In this document: one piece after another, positions 19,225 to 27,881 of the stretch
How the letters are laid out: each line of letters starts with the position of its first letter
Numbering within the stretch: position 1 is the first letter of the stretch
Assembly: GCA_045402695.1 (NCBI GenBank)
Contig: JAWPNA010000094.1
Coordinates: forward strand, 1 to 43,242
Reading direction: 5' to 3'
DNA: 43,242 nucleotides
DNA from: Acidobacteriota bacterium
GTDB lineage: Bacteria; Acidobacteriota; Polarisedimenticolia; JACPZX01; DASXTC01
Made by a program: the position numbers and the translations under genes
The notes under the pieces: generated by a model
Seen by the model: only the letters and a program-made list of their open reading frames with translations
What the model was told of the DNA's origin: nothing
Databases searched by the model: none

Positions 19225-19744
19225 CCTTGATGCGCCGATTGATGTCCGACGGCAGGCTGGGGCCGAGCCAACGGACGATCCCCTTGGCGTCAATCAGCGC
19301 GGAGGTGGGCAGCGCCGTCACATCGAACATCCTCTCCACCTTCCCGCCTTCATCGAACAGGGCCTGGTAAGACATTCCGTGCTTGCCCGCAGCTTCCTTG
19401 ATCCCGGCCAAGGTACCGCCGCCCATCCCGACCCCCAGCCCGACGACGCTCAGACCCCTCGGGCCGTAAAATCGGTGAAGCTCGTTGAGGACCGGGATCT
19501 CCTCGATGCATGGCCGGCACCAAGGTGCCCAGAAAACGAGCAGCATGGCGCCCCCCACGCCGCCCGCCCCACCTGCTCGATGAGAATTTGGCGTCACGAT
19601 CTCACGCAGGTCCACCGTTCGGCCTTCGAGGTCGACCACGGTCATCGGAGCGCTTGCGGGGACGGGGTCTCCAGTCTTGAGGGCCGGGCCCGCGACGAGA
19701 TCAGACATCAGGATCGCCGCCAGCGCGACGGCGGCCCGTTTCAA
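19187..19744 (-). CDS. TlpA-family periplasmic thiol:disulfide oxidoreductase
   Basis: Thioredoxin fold with WAPWCRPC. Signal-like N-terminus LKRAAVALAAILM begins at TTG 19744, which overlaps the trxA TGA (cTTGAa). The ORF-track start at 19978 is rejected because it lies inside trxA. Confidence 0.75.
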   Translation of the reverse strand: MKRAAVALAAILMSDLVAGPALKTGDPVPASAPMTVVDLEGRTVDLREIVTPNSHRAGGAGGVGGAMLLVFWAPWCRPCIEEIPVLNELHRFYGPRGLSVVGLGVGMGGGTLAGIKEAAGKHGMSYQALFDEGGKVERMFDVTALPTSALIDAKGIVRWLGPSLPSDINRRIKDAIAPGEDSGSK

Positions 19745-20079
19745 GCAATCACCTTCTGGATGGCCTGTTCGAGAGTCTGGCGCGACACCGCGCCGATGAT
19801 CTGGTCGGACGGGCGGCCTCCCTTGAAGAAGATGAGCGTGGGCACCGACATCACGCCGAACTGGGCAGCGGTGGCCGGGCTCACTTCCACGTCGATGTGG
19901 CCGACCTTGAGCCTGCCTTGGTACTCCCGGGCCAGATCGGCCACCACCGGGGCCAGCTTCTTGCAGGGCCCGCACCACTCGGCGGAGAAATCCACCAAGA
20001 CCGGGGTCGCGGAATGGACGACCTCCGAGTCGAAGGTGGCATCATTGATTTCCTTGACGGTGCTGTCCATGGGTACCAT
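19741..20079 (-). CDS. trxA: Thioredoxin
   Basis: M(VP)MDSTVKEINDATFDSEV...VLVDFSAEWCGPCKKLAP...VPTLIFFKGG. The start is ATG 20079 or 20070. The ORF-track start at 20211 is an upstream extension. Confidence 0.9.
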   Translation of the reverse strand: MVPMDSTVKEINDATFDSEVVHSATPVLVDFSAEWCGPCKKLAPVVADLAREYQGRLKVGHIDVEVSPATAAQFGVMSVPTLIFFKGGRPSDQIIGAVSRQTLEQAIQKVIA

Positions 20080-20146
20080 CCAGGGCCCCTGGCAGGAATG
20101 CCGCGCCAGCCTCTCCCCTCTCGTTCGGCTCTTGAGTGACGCTGTT

Positions 20147-20175
20147 ATTATGGCGCGGGCCGGGCGGACTGGCAA
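20147..20175 (-). promoter_or_regulatory. sigma-70-like promoter for trxA
   Basis: On the minus strand: TTGCCA (20175-20170), 17 nt, CATAAT (20152-20147), about 70 nt upstream of the trxA ATG. Confidence 0.4.
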
Positions 20176-20228
20176 GACGGCCTCCCGTTGGAACGCCTTG
20201 TCCCGCATCAATCACGAGATGCCGGGGG

Positions 20229-20981
20229 CTAGACGACCCAGCCCGCTATCTTCAGCGCGGCGAGGCTGATCGCGGCCAGGGCGGAGGCCGCGAGGACGGC
20301 CAGGTCCCCCTTCCGCATCCTCCTCTGCAGCACCGAGGTCCGGCGAGGCAGCATCCCCAACCCTCGTGATTCCAGCGCCGCGGCCAGCCCATCGGCAGCC
20401 CTGATGCTGGACAGCACGAGGGGAACCAGGAGAGGCAGGTACCCCCTCAGCCGCGCCCACGGCCTGCCCTGTCTGACGTCAAGGCCGCGGCAAGCCTGCG
20501 CCTCGACGATCGTGCCAGCAGACGCGGCGAACAGGGGTAACAGCCGGAACGCAAGCGTCAGGGAAAAGCATGCCATGAACGGAAGCCCGAGCCGGTGCAG
20601 GGCTGAAGCGAGCTCCTCCACCTTCGTCGAGGCCAGCAGCAGTAGCCCCATCGTGAGCATGATGACCAGGCGAAGGCCCAGCCAGGCGCCGGACCCGAGT
20701 TGCCGCAGCGCGGCGCGTCCGCCGTCCGGGAGCGAGGCCGCGGCCCAGAGCAACGCGCACATCAGGAAAAGCAAAGCCATGAACCGGCTGAAGCGCGCCA
20801 CGATGTGAAGCAATCCGCTCGCCGCCGCCAGGACGAACACCAGGAGGCCCATCAGGATCAGACCGGCGGGGCGAGAGAGCAGGAGCGCCACCGCGAACCA
20901 TGAGACCGCGGTCAGGAGCTTCGCCGCAGGGTCGGCCCGATGCAAGATCGAGGAATCCGGCTCGTAGAGTCCCGCGGGCAC
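20229..20981 (-). CDS. Energy-coupling-factor transporter transmembrane (T) component, CbiQ/EcfT family
   Basis: Polytopic membrane protein whose N-terminus (HRADPAAKLL) and C-terminal cytoplasmic Arg-rich helices (EAQACRGLDV...SSIRAADGLAAALESRG) are typical of CbiQ/EcfT. Confidence 0.8.
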   Translation of the reverse strand: MPAGLYEPDSSILHRADPAAKLLTAVSWFAVALLLSRPAGLILMGLLVFVLAAASGLLHIVARFSRFMALLFLMCALLWAAASLPDGGRAALRQLGSGAWLGLRLVIMLTMGLLLLASTKVEELASALHRLGLPFMACFSLTLAFRLLPLFAASAGTIVEAQACRGLDVRQGRPWARLRGYLPLLVPLVLSSIRAADGLAAALESRGLGMLPRRTSVLQRRMRKGDLAVLAASALAAISLAALKIAGWVV

Positions 20982-20982
20982 G

Positions 20983-22752
20983 TCAGGTCCTCCAGGGGCA
21001 AGGCGGAGGCTTCAGCGCCGAACTCCATTCCCGCAGGGTGAGCAGATGGACACCGCGCAAGCGGGCCAGGCGCGCGAGATCCGGCATTCTCAGTCCAGCC
21101 CGGGCCAGCAACCCATCGTCGGTCAACACCTCGCCGGGCGCGGCGTCGGCTTCGATCCGCCCGTCGATCATCACGAGCACGCGGTCCACCGGGTCGTGAA
21201 CGAGCCACAGCGCATGCGTGATGATGAGAATCGTGTGCCCGCGCCGGTTGAGGCCCTCCAGCAGAGACATGACCGCCGTCTGCTGGCTCAGGTCGAGGCC
21301 GGTGGTCGGCTCGTCCATGATGATCGTGGCCGGCTCGCAGGCCAGCACGGAGGCCAGAGCAAGCCGCTGGCGCTCTCCCTTGGTCATGCTGAACGGGTCC
21401 GAGGCTTCCGACCCGGTCAGCCCGACCACGTCCAGCGCCAACGCAACGCGGCGATCAACCTCGGAGGGGGCCAGGCCGAGGTTGTGGGGTCCGAAGGCGA
21501 CCTCCTCCGCCACCGTGGCGGCGAAGATCTGGTGGTCGGGGTTCTGGAAGACGAATCCGATCTCCCGCACGCGCTCGCGGGCGGGGATCGTGCCGACATC
21601 CCGTCCTCTCAATAGCACGCGTCCGGTCGTGGGAAGCTGGAGGCCGGCCAGGTGTCGGGCCAGTGTCGTCTTGCCCGATCCGTTCGAGCCGATCAGCGCG
21701 AGCATCTCTCCCTCCCTGATGATCAGGTCCACGCCGTCGAGCGCGCGCCGGCCGCCGCCGGATGAAGGATGGATGAAAGTCAGGCTCTCGCACCTCAGGA
21801 CCTCCCGGCCGCGGGCGGAGGCGCGATGCGGCGCCTGAGATCTGGTGGGATCGAGATCCCATCCCCCCTCGGAGAGGGCGCCGTGCAGCGATTCTGCATC
21901 GAGGGACGTGAGGCCACGCCGTGGCAGCACCATGCGCTCCTCACCGGGCCCAGCGCGGGCCGCGCGCTGCAGCTCCGCCGCCAGCGCCGCGAGGGGAGGC
22001 GGCCTGACTCCCGCGGCTTCCAGCTCGGACGCCAGGGCCACCATCGTCGAGTCCGAGCCTCCTTCCCAGCACCGGGCGATCCTCCCCTCCATCATCAGAC
22101 TGCCTCCTTCGAACATCGGCAGCCCCTCGAGGTCATGCTCCACCAGCAGCACAGCCCGGTCTGGAGAAGAGTCCCGCTGTTGACGGATGAGGCGATAGAT
22201 CTCCTCGCGCCCGCCGCTATCGAGGTCGCTCGCTGGCTCGTCGAGGACCAGCACCGGTGTCTCGAGAGCGAGGACCGACGCGATCACCAGACGCTGCTTC
22301 TCACCGCCCGACAGCGTCGAAGGATCGCGATCCTCGAATCCGGCGAGGCCCACGAGGGAGAGGAGCTCCGACGCCCGAGCGCGGATCAGTTCCGGAGGCA
22401 GGCATCTGTTCTCCATCGAGAAGGCCAGCTCGAGAAGACACGTTGTGGAGAAGAGCTGCACCTCGAAGTCCTGAAAGACGACGCCGACGCGCCGTGCCAT
22501 GTCGGGGACGCGAAGCGTCGAGGTGTCCTCTCCTCCCGCTTTCACGACGCCGCTGAGATCGCCGGGATGGAAGAACGGAATGCTCCTGTTGAGGCAGCGC
22601 ACCAGCGTGGTCTTGCCCGCCCCCGTGGGGCCGACCAGCAGTCCCCACCGGCCCGATTCCAGGTCGAGCGCCACGTCCCGCAGCGCCGCGCGGGAAGCGC
22701 GCCGGTAGGTGAAGGAAAGTCCTCGGACTTCGAGCGCGCTGCCGCCGCTCAC
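20983..22752 (-). CDS. Fused tandem ABC ATPase (EcfA1-EcfA2-like)
   Basis: Two Walker A motifs (GPTGAGKT, GSNGSGKT), signature LSGGEKQR, and Walker B LVLDEPASDLD and IIMDEPTTGLD. GTG 22752 overlaps the upstream stop (GTGA). The ORF-track start at 22980 is rejected. Confidence 0.88.
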   Translation of the reverse strand: MSGGSALEVRGLSFTYRRASRAALRDVALDLESGRWGLLVGPTGAGKTTLVRCLNRSIPFFHPGDLSGVVKAGGEDTSTLRVPDMARRVGVVFQDFEVQLFSTTCLLELAFSMENRCLPPELIRARASELLSLVGLAGFEDRDPSTLSGGEKQRLVIASVLALETPVLVLDEPASDLDSGGREEIYRLIRQQRDSSPDRAVLLVEHDLEGLPMFEGGSLMMEGRIARCWEGGSDSTMVALASELEAAGVRPPPLAALAAELQRAARAGPGEERMVLPRRGLTSLDAESLHGALSEGGWDLDPTRSQAPHRASARGREVLRCESLTFIHPSSGGGRRALDGVDLIIREGEMLALIGSNGSGKTTLARHLAGLQLPTTGRVLLRGRDVGTIPARERVREIGFVFQNPDHQIFAATVAEEVAFGPHNLGLAPSEVDRRVALALDVVGLTGSEASDPFSMTKGERQRLALASVLACEPATIIMDEPTTGLDLSQQTAVMSLLEGLNRRGHTILIITHALWLVHDPVDRVLVMIDGRIEADAAPGEVLTDDGLLARAGLRMPDLARLARLRGVHLLTLREWSSALKPPPCPWRT

Positions 22753-23795
22753 GCGCCCTGCAGTGTGAAGAAGGCACGCACCGCGCCCACCACACGACCG
22801 CCGTTGTTGCGGACGACCAGTGTCTGGATCTCGCCGAGGTGCGCCAGATCCTCCTCGGCCAACTGGCCGAGCATGCGGAGGATCCCGGTGATCAGGGCGA
22901 CCCGCGCACGGCCGTTGTCGCCGTCGGCCACCTTGGCCGCGACGCCGAAGCCAATCCCGTCTCGCACGAATCCGGCGCACTGCACCCCCTCCGCTCCTCG
23001 CTTGGAGATCAGGCTGCCTCGCGGCAACGCGGTCAGGTCCGTGTCGAGCATCCCATGACCCGCCACCATCTCGGGATGCGCGCGCATGGCCTCGACGACA
23101 CGGCGCGCAGCATCACGGTGCCGGGCTTGTCCGCTCTCGGGCGCCATCAACCGCGCGAAGCCTCTTGCCGCCTCGGAGAGCGTGACGCCGAGTGTCGGGG
23201 CGCCGCATCCATCCATGGCCACGACGATCCGATCGTGCATGCAGCCCGTGAGATCTGCCATCACCGCCAGGATGCGTTGTTGCACCGGGTGCGCGGGATC
23301 AAGATAGGTCGAAACGTCCTGCCCGCCGGCCACGGCCGCCGCCAGCATCCCCGCGTGCTTTCCGGAGCAGTTGTGCTCCAGGGGCGTGAAGGGCTTTCCG
23401 CTCCGGCGATACTCGTCCGCCACGGCGCGGCTGAAAGGAACATGGGTCCCGCACTTCAGAGCCGAGAGGCCGAGCCCGATCTTCTCGAGGATTTCGGCGA
23501 CTGTCTCCAGGTGGATGGCCTCGCTGCTGTGGGAGCCTGCCATCACCGCCAGCTCCCGTGCGCTGAAGGCGAATCGTCCGGCGGCACCGCTCTCAATGAC
23601 CGCCATCGTCTGGAACGGCTTGGCCGAGGAACGAATGAAGATGGGATGGTCGATGCCGCCCAGACGGGCGATGATTCTCCCCGAAGAGTCCGCCACGGCG
23701 ACGGCGGCCGAGTGGACCGACTCCACCAGTGGGCCGCGCGTCACCTCCACGGCTGGAACGTACTGTCCGTGAGGAGCTTCTGAGGGGGGGTTCAC
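22749..23795 (-). CDS. Asparaginase II family protein
   Basis: VEVTRGPLVESVHSAAVAV...RSSAKPFQ...GSHSSE...NCSGKHAGML...DGCGAPT...HPEMVAG closely follows the Rhizobium-type L-asparaginase II family. GTG start at 23795. Confidence 0.85.
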   Translation of the reverse strand: MNPPSEAPHGQYVPAVEVTRGPLVESVHSAAVAVADSSGRIIARLGGIDHPIFIRSSAKPFQTMAVIESGAAGRFAFSARELAVMAGSHSSEAIHLETVAEILEKIGLGLSALKCGTHVPFSRAVADEYRRSGKPFTPLEHNCSGKHAGMLAAAVAGGQDVSTYLDPAHPVQQRILAVMADLTGCMHDRIVVAMDGCGAPTLGVTLSEAARGFARLMAPESGQARHRDAARRVVEAMRAHPEMVAGHGMLDTDLTALPRGSLISKRGAEGVQCAGFVRDGIGFGVAAKVADGDNGRARVALITGILRMLGQLAEEDLAHLGEIQTLVVRNNGGRVVGAVRAFFTLQGA

Positions 23796-23803
23796 GGCGC
23801 TGG

Positions 23804-23833
23804 ATGTTACCGTCGGTCGCCAGCGCCTGTCAA
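23804..23833 (-). promoter_or_regulatory. sigma-70-like promoter abutting the asparaginase-II start (leaderless candidate)
   Basis: On the minus strand: TTGACA (23833-23828), 18 nt, TAACAT (23809-23804), then 8 nt to the GTG (23795-23793). Confidence 0.4.
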
Positions 23834-23843
23834 AGTGCTTTCC

Positions 23844-23872
23844 TTGACACCCCCGGGTGGCGGATCTAACAT
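23844..23872 (+). promoter_or_regulatory. sigma-70-like promoter for larC-metG
   Basis: TTGACA (23844-23849), 17 nt, TAACAT (23867-23872), 63 nt upstream of the larC GTG. It uses the same hexamers as the divergent promoter. Confidence 0.45.
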
Positions 23873-23935
23873 CGCCGTTTCTTAAGTTATTGATAGATTG
23901 GCAGATGCCGTTCTCCTCGCGGCGGCGGAGCGCCA

Positions 23936-25126
23936 GTGAAGATCCTCTATCTCGATTGCGCCAGCGGAGTCAGCGGCGACATGCTCCTCGGCGCTCTCCT
24001 GGATCTCGGGCTTGATCTCAAATGGCTGCGCTCACGGCTGGCACTCCTGCCGCTGAAGGGGTACGCGCTGGCGGCCCACGATGTGCAGCGCAGTCATTTC
24101 GGCGCGCGCAAAGTGGACGTCACGGTCACCTCACGGCAGCCGCACCGCGGATTGAAAGAGATCCGCGCCATCATTGGGACGAGCGGGTTGGAGCCTCCCA
24201 TCAAGCGGGAGGCGATGAGGATCTTTCGGCGCATCATCGAGGCCGAGGCGCGCATCCACCGCACCAGTGAGCAGAAGGTCCATCTGCACGAGGTGGGCGC
24301 CGTCGATGCGATCGTTGACATCGTCGGGACGGTCGCCGGGGTCCATGAGCTGATCGGCCCTTCGGGCGCGGGCCGACTCTTCTGCTCGCCGCTCAACGTG
24401 GGCAGCGGCACTGTCAGGATGCAGCACGGCCTCCTGCCGGTACCGGCGCCCGCCACCGCCGCCCTGCTGAAGGGGGTCCCGATCTACGCGGCGGGCCCTG
24501 CCGGCGAGATGGCCACCCCGACGGGCGCCGCCATCGTCTCCACCCTTGCGACGTCGTTCGGGCCCCCGCCGCCGATGATCATCGATCGAATAGGGTACGG
24601 AGCCGGCAGCCGCGAGTACAGTGGACATCCCAACGTCTTGCGGGCGATGCTGGGGACCGAGCCGCCCGAGATCGCGGCCGGCGCCGGCGAGGTCATGGTG
24701 GTCGAATGCACGATCGACGACATGAACCCTCAGGGCTACGGCTACGTCATGGAGCGGCTGTTCGACACGGGAGCGCACGAGGTCTACTACGCGCCGGTGC
24801 ACATGAAGAAGAACCGGCCCGGTGTGCTGGTGACCGTGATCTGCCCGGCGGGGCTCATGAGCGACGTGACTCGTGTGATCTTCGAGGAGACCACCACCAT
24901 CGGCCTGCGTTACAGATTCTGCGGCCGCGTCGAGCTGGCCCGCAACACCGTCATCGTGGCCACCAGGTTCGGCAAGGTGCGGGTGAAGGTTTCCTCCTTG
25001 CACGGCCGCGTGACTCAGGCGCAGCCGGAGTACGAGGACTGCCGCCGGCTGGCCGTCCGAGCAAAAGTGCCCCTCAAGGAGGTCCAGGCCGCGGCCTCGA
25101 CCGCCTACGGGAGCCACGCGAGATGA
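23936..25126 (+). CDS. larC: Nickel-pincer cofactor biosynthesis protein LarC (DUF111 nickel insertion protein)
   Basis: (V)KILYLDCASGVSGDMLLGALLDLG..., HLHEVGAVDAIVDIVG, and a full-length ~396 aa fused LarC1/2 architecture. Confidence 0.85.
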   Translation: MKILYLDCASGVSGDMLLGALLDLGLDLKWLRSRLALLPLKGYALAAHDVQRSHFGARKVDVTVTSRQPHRGLKEIRAIIGTSGLEPPIKREAMRIFRRIIEAEARIHRTSEQKVHLHEVGAVDAIVDIVGTVAGVHELIGPSGAGRLFCSPLNVGSGTVRMQHGLLPVPAPATAALLKGVPIYAAGPAGEMATPTGAAIVSTLATSFGPPPPMIIDRIGYGAGSREYSGHPNVLRAMLGTEPPEIAAGAGEVMVVECTIDDMNPQGYGYVMERLFDTGAHEVYYAPVHMKKNRPGVLVTVICPAGLMSDVTRVIFEETTTIGLRYRFCGRVELARNTVIVATRFGKVRVKVSSLHGRVTQAQPEYEDCRRLAVRAKVPLKEVQAAASTAYGSHAR

Positions 25127-27090
25127 CGGCAGGGACCTACTACCTCACGACCCCCATCTACTACGTCAACGACGTCCCCCACATCGGCCACACCTATACG
25201 ACCGTGGCGGCCGATGTGGTGGCGCGATACAGACGCATGCTCGGGCAGGAAGTCCGCTTCCTCACGGGCACCGACGAGCATGGCCAGAAGATCGAGCGCG
25301 CCGCGATGAAGCGCGGCATCACGCCCAGGCAGCTCGCGGATCAGGTCGTGGCCAGGTATCACGACCTGTGGAATACGATGCGGATCACTCACGACGATTT
25401 CGTCCGCACCACCGAGGAGCGCCACCGGCGCGGCGTGGTCAGGATCTTCCAGAGAATCCTGGAGAGGGGCGACATCTACCTCGACGCGTACGAGGGAATG
25501 TACTGCACGGGTTGCGAAGCGTTCTTCCCGGAGTCGCAGATCACGGCAGGCGTCTGCCCCGACCAGGGGCATCCTGTGGAGAAGGTGCGCGAGGAGTCGT
25601 ACTTCTTCCGTCTCTCGAAGTACCAGAAGCCCCTGCTGGAGTTCTATCAATCGCACCCCGGGTTCGTGCGCCCCGAGTTCCGCTTCAACGAGGTCCGCAG
25701 GTTCGTGGAGATGGGCCTGAAGGACCTTTCCATCTCCCGCACATCCTTCACATGGGGCATCCCTTACCCGGGAAACGAACGGCACATCTTCTACGTCTGG
25801 TTCGACGCGCTGTGCAACTACGTCACGGCCCTCGGTTACGCCGAGGACTCGGAGCTGTATCGCCGGTTCTGGCCCGCGGACCTGCACCTCGTGGGCAAGG
25901 ACATCATCCGGTTCCACGCCGTGTACTGGCCCGCGTTCCTGATGGCGGCCGAGCTTCCGTTGCCGCGTCTTGTGTACGGTCACGGCTGGTGGCTGCGCTC
26001 CAACGCCAAGATGTCCAAGACCTCCGGCAACATCGTGGACCCGCTGCCCCTGCTCGCCGACTTCGGGCCGGACGCCCTGCGCTACTTTCTGATGAGGGAG
26101 ATGGCCTTCGGACAGGACGCCCAGTTCTCGGAGGAGGCGTTGGTGGATCGGATCAACAACGACCTCGCCAACGATCTGGGCAACCTGCTGAGCCGTCTCC
26201 TGAAGATGATCGCGGACTTCTGCGGCGGGCGAATCGCGGGTCCGTCCGCCGGCCCCGCGGGGGGCGGCGACGCGCGCGATCCCAGGGAAGGCGGCCTCGC
26301 CGCAACGGCCGGCCGTGCGGTGAAGGATTATTGCGCCGCTTTCGAGGAGTTCCGCTTTCACGATGGACTTGCGGCGATCTGGAACCTCGTGGGAGAGACG
26401 AACCGCTACATCGTGAAATGGGAGCCGTGGACCCTCGCGAAGGATGCCTCCCAACGGGCGAGGCTCGAGACGGTGCTGTACGAGGCGGCGGAAGCTCTCA
26501 GGATCGTGGCCCTCGCGGTCTCGCCGGTGATGCCCGGCGCGGCCCAGGAGATCTGGAGCCGGCTCGGGGCCGCGGGAGACGTCAGCGCGCAAGGGGAAAG
26601 CGCCCTCGCCTGGGGGGGGATCGCTCCCGGACAGACGATCAGGAGCGGCTCCGCCCTGTTTCCCCGCATTGACAAGGCGGCCTACTTCGCAACGACACCC
26701 TCAATCACGCAGAAGGAGACGACCATGGATCAGCCTCAGCCCACACCCCCGGCTGCCCCGGCATCCGACACCATCACCATCGACGATTTCATGAAGGTCA
26801 AACTGCGAGCCGGCAAGATACTTCAAGCGGAGAAGGTGGCGGGCGCCGACAGGCTGCTGAAGCTGCTCGTGGACATCGGGACGGAACAGCGCACCGTGCT
26901 GGCCGGCATCGCCCTCCAGTACGCTCCTGAGGCGCTCGTCGGCAAGTCGGTGGTCGTGGTGGCCAATCTCGTCCCGCGCAAGATGCGGGGCGTGGAATCC
27001 CAGGGGATGATCCTCGCGGCGGATGACAACGGCAGGCCCATCATCGCCACCTTCGAGTCGGAGATCTCTTCCGGCGCCGTGGTCCGGTAG
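25123..27090 (+). CDS. metG: Methionine--tRNA ligase with C-terminal tRNA-binding (Trbp111/EMAP-like) domain
   Basis: HIGH motif (VPHIGHTYT), KMSKT, zinc knuckle CTGCEAFF...CPDQGH, C-terminal ITIDDFMKVKLRAGKIL. ATG 25123 overlaps the larC TGA (ATGA). Confidence 0.93.
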   Translation: MTAGTYYLTTPIYYVNDVPHIGHTYTTVAADVVARYRRMLGQEVRFLTGTDEHGQKIERAAMKRGITPRQLADQVVARYHDLWNTMRITHDDFVRTTEERHRRGVVRIFQRILERGDIYLDAYEGMYCTGCEAFFPESQITAGVCPDQGHPVEKVREESYFFRLSKYQKPLLEFYQSHPGFVRPEFRFNEVRRFVEMGLKDLSISRTSFTWGIPYPGNERHIFYVWFDALCNYVTALGYAEDSELYRRFWPADLHLVGKDIIRFHAVYWPAFLMAAELPLPRLVYGHGWWLRSNAKMSKTSGNIVDPLPLLADFGPDALRYFLMREMAFGQDAQFSEEALVDRINNDLANDLGNLLSRLLKMIADFCGGRIAGPSAGPAGGGDARDPREGGLAATAGRAVKDYCAAFEEFRFHDGLAAIWNLVGETNRYIVKWEPWTLAKDASQRARLETVLYEAAEALRIVALAVSPVMPGAAQEIWSRLGAAGDVSAQGESALAWGGIAPGQTIRSGSALFPRIDKAAYFATTPSITQKETTMDQPQPTPPAAPASDTITIDDFMKVKLRAGKILQAEKVAGADRLLKLLVDIGTEQRTVLAGIALQYAPEALVGKSVVVVANLVPRKMRGVESQGMILAADDNGRPIIATFESEISSGAVVR

Positions 27091-27104
27091 CCCGGGGCGC
27101 GTTC

Positions 27105-27881
27105 GTGTTGGCCGACGCGCACGCCCATCTCTCGATGCCCGCCTTCGACGAGGATCTGTCCGGCGTCATCGCGCGCGCGCGGCAGGCCGGCGTGACCCGG
27201 ATCATGACCTGCGCCACCTCGATGGCGGACGCGGAGAAAAACGTGCAGGTGGCGCGGCAGCACGGGCTGAAGGCCGCCGCGGGCTTCCATCCGCACCAGG
27301 CGAAAGAGTGGACCGCCGACAGCGAGGCCGCGCTGAGGCGTCTCGTCGCCGCCTCGCCGGAGATTGCCGCCATCGGCGAGATAGGCCTCGATTTCCACTA
27401 CAGCTTCTCCCCGCCCGGCTCGCAGTCCGATGTCCTGCGAGCGCAGATAGGGCTGGCGCGAGATCTCCGGCTTCCCGTGGTGGTCCACTGCCGTAACGCG
27501 AAACACGAGCTCGGGCGAATCCTCGTGGAGGAGAAGGCGTTCGAGGCGGGCGGCATCCTCCACTGCTTCTCTGAGGACGCCGACTTCGCGCGCTTCTGTC
27601 TCGATGAAGGGTTCCACATCTCCTTCTCCGGCATCATCACCTTCAAGAACGCCGCTCCCATCCGCGAGGCGGCCCGGATCGTTCCTCTCGATCGGCTCCT
27701 CGTGGAGACCGACGCCCCGTACCTCGCCCCGTTGCCGCTCCGTGGACGCCGCAACGAGCCCGCCTTCATTGTCGAGACGGTCCGCACCGTGGCGGCGATC
27801 AAGCAGGTCGCCCTCGAGGAGATCGCCGCAGCCACCTCGGCAAATTTCGAGCGACTGTTCGCGGACCGATCCACCGTGTGA
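27105..27881 (+). CDS. TatD-family metal-dependent hydrolase (YcfH/YabD-like)
   Basis: DAHAHL, EIGLDFHY, VVHCR, ILHCFS, ETDAPYL. The metG-tatD-like adjacency is conserved in many bacteria. Confidence 0.88.
   Translation: MLADAHAHLSMPAFDEDLSGVIARARQAGVTRIMTCATSMADAEKNVQVARQHGLKAAAGFHPHQAKEWTADSEAALRRLVAASPEIAAIGEIGLDFHYSFSPPGSQSDVLRAQIGLARDLRLPVVVHCRNAKHELGRILVEEKAFEAGGILHCFSEDADFARFCLDEGFHISFSGIITFKNAAPIREAARIVPLDRLLVETDAPYLAPLPLRGRRNEPAFIVETVRTVAAIKQVALEEIAAATSANFERLFADRSTV

Noticed and set aside
23784-23790. C7/G7 homopolymer just inside the asparaginase-II start (AAC CCC CCC TCA) as a possible phase-variation tract
   Set aside because: Seven residues is short for slipped-strand switching, and such runs are expected by chance at this GC content.
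24037-24053. Sigma-54-like TGGCAC-N5 motifs (e.g. CTGGCACTCCTGCCGC in larC; TGGCAATGTTGCTGCA on the minus strand near 35375-35395)
   Set aside because: Both lie inside coding regions, the -12 elements are imperfect, and neither sits upstream of a plausible target gene, so they are not reported as promoters.
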